In this document: piece after piece, positions 62,640-64,000 of the stretch
Position numbering within the stretch: the first letter of the stretch is position 1
How the letters are laid out: every line of letters starts with the position of its first letter
Source of the DNA: the human T2T-CHM13v2.0 reference genome, Homo sapiens
Length of the DNA: 64,000 nt
Assembly (NCBI RefSeq): GCF_009914755.1
Contig: NC_060944.1
Reading direction: 5' to 3' (one strand)
Program-made: the position numbers and the translations under genes
The notes under the pieces: model-generated
Database searches by the model: none
The model's input: only the letters and a program-made list of their open reading frames with translations
Told to the model about the DNA's origin: nothing

Positions 62640-64000
62640 AGAAATTATTAAACTTTTACTATCGAAAGGATTTACTTTGGTGGAGTTGAGGGTGGGAGAG
62701 AAATGAATCTTTATGTTCTCCTGTTAGAGAATAGCTTTTTTCCTTCCAGCTTTCACACTGGCACATGCTTATTACAATTCTACCTTGGGAACATGACAGA
62801 ATTTTTTTCTTATGCATTCATGCAACATAAACAGATAATTCTAGGAAGACTGTGATTAAGTCACTTGCATTCTGACCTATTATTTTCATCTCTCCCTGAC
62901 TCTGGGTGAGCCAAAGGCTATTAAGATGATGTTCTCCTGCTCACTCACTAGGCAGACCTCTACTCGAGAAGTGATCTGACACCGCAGTAGCTGATGCTCG
63001 TCCAGTGACTAAAGCAGTCAGGCTGAAAACAGATTTTATCTCAACAACAGTCCTAGTTTCTTCTGTCCTCAAACACTGTTATTTATTTTCAAGATAAAAT
63101 TTAGTAACAACATTACGAAGTAGCTTTTATTCCCTTGGGTGAATAAGATGTGCACATTTAATAATAAATTTGCTTACTAAAGGTCCTTTTAGGGGAAAAC
63201 AACCTTAAAAATACAGTTCTAGTCCTTGGGCAGTGAACAAAGAAAAAATGTGCTTGAGAAACACAGTCCAGGTTAAAGGAAAACTCTCAGATCGGTTAAT
63301 GCAGTTGAATTTTTGCTTGAGAATGTGAGCAACGTATCAGCAAATACATTCATTCTTGTGCTACTCTTCATTATTTAGCATAGAGCTACCTTAGGTGTTT
63401 CTACACATGCTCTAAACCAAGAGTAAGTTTAACATGTCAGCAGTGAGGAGTAGACATTTTCTACTATAGCACACTGGGAGATGTTTACTGGTACTCTAGG
63501 TAGAAATGACTCCATTGTCCACTAAGTTTGGGAAATAAATAATATGGCAACATTGCTACTGGAGATACATAATGTACAGAAGCCTAACTATAAAGAGATT
63601 TGATTAACGAGACTTAAGTCTTAGTCCAGAATTTCCCAAATTTATGTGAACATGGGACATCATTTTTCATAGCACACACGTGAACAAGCCATTATTCTTT
63701 AAACAAGGTATTACAAACTCAACCACTCTGGAGAACTGATGAGCGCCTAACTGAAATTATTAGACTAAATTCTTAGTAAACAATGTTTTCTGAACCTTGT
63801 TCAGAAATATAATCACTGCAAATTATTTTCCAAGTGTTGTTCTAAAAAACAATATAACTGGACACTAGTAAGAAAGTAAGGTAAATTATTAATCCACTCG
63901 CATTCAATTCTACAAGGAATGAAACCATTTTTAAAAGTGGCTTAGAACAAACAATTTACTGAGCACTTACTATGCACCCACCAGGTATATTCCTTTTATA
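62640..64000 (-). other. CRNKL1: Probable 3'UTR of a convergent minus-strand gene
   Basis: Repeat-free AT-rich DNA with minus-strand poly(A) signals (TTTACT = AGTAAA at 62655; TTTATT at 63082 and 63126). Gene identity is from recalled gene order only; no CDS in the window. Confidence 0.5.

Overview
Human (primate) genomic DNA that I recognise from the encoded proteins as the RIN2–NAA20 locus. The + strand carries the last five coding exons and 3'UTR of RIN2 (Pro-rich, VPS9 and Ras-association regions; stop at 29217). An Alu-dense intergenic stretch follows, then the complete six-exon NAA20 gene (NatB catalytic subunit, 178 aa, ATG 45676, stop 61467) with a CpG-island promoter. The last ~1.4 kb is probably the 3'UTR of the convergent CRNKL1 gene; this rests on recalled gene order only, as no coding sequence is visible. 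The rest is mostly Alu, L1, L2, MIR, LTR and DNA-transposon remnants, and most ORF-track entries are Alu or GC-rich artefacts. I found no convincing new multi-gene system. The best second-look items are: a U12-type intron directly after a 25-nt NAA20 microexon; a ~140-bp templated copy of an Alu junction inserted into a microsatellite 1.9 kb away; a triple target-site duplication around a solitary poly(A) plus an Alu; a twin-primed 5'-inverted L1 with intact TSDs; an intronic poly(A) isoform of NAA20; and a UGUA-dense non-canonical RIN2 3' end. Repeat subfamily names are from memory of consensus sequences, not from a database search.
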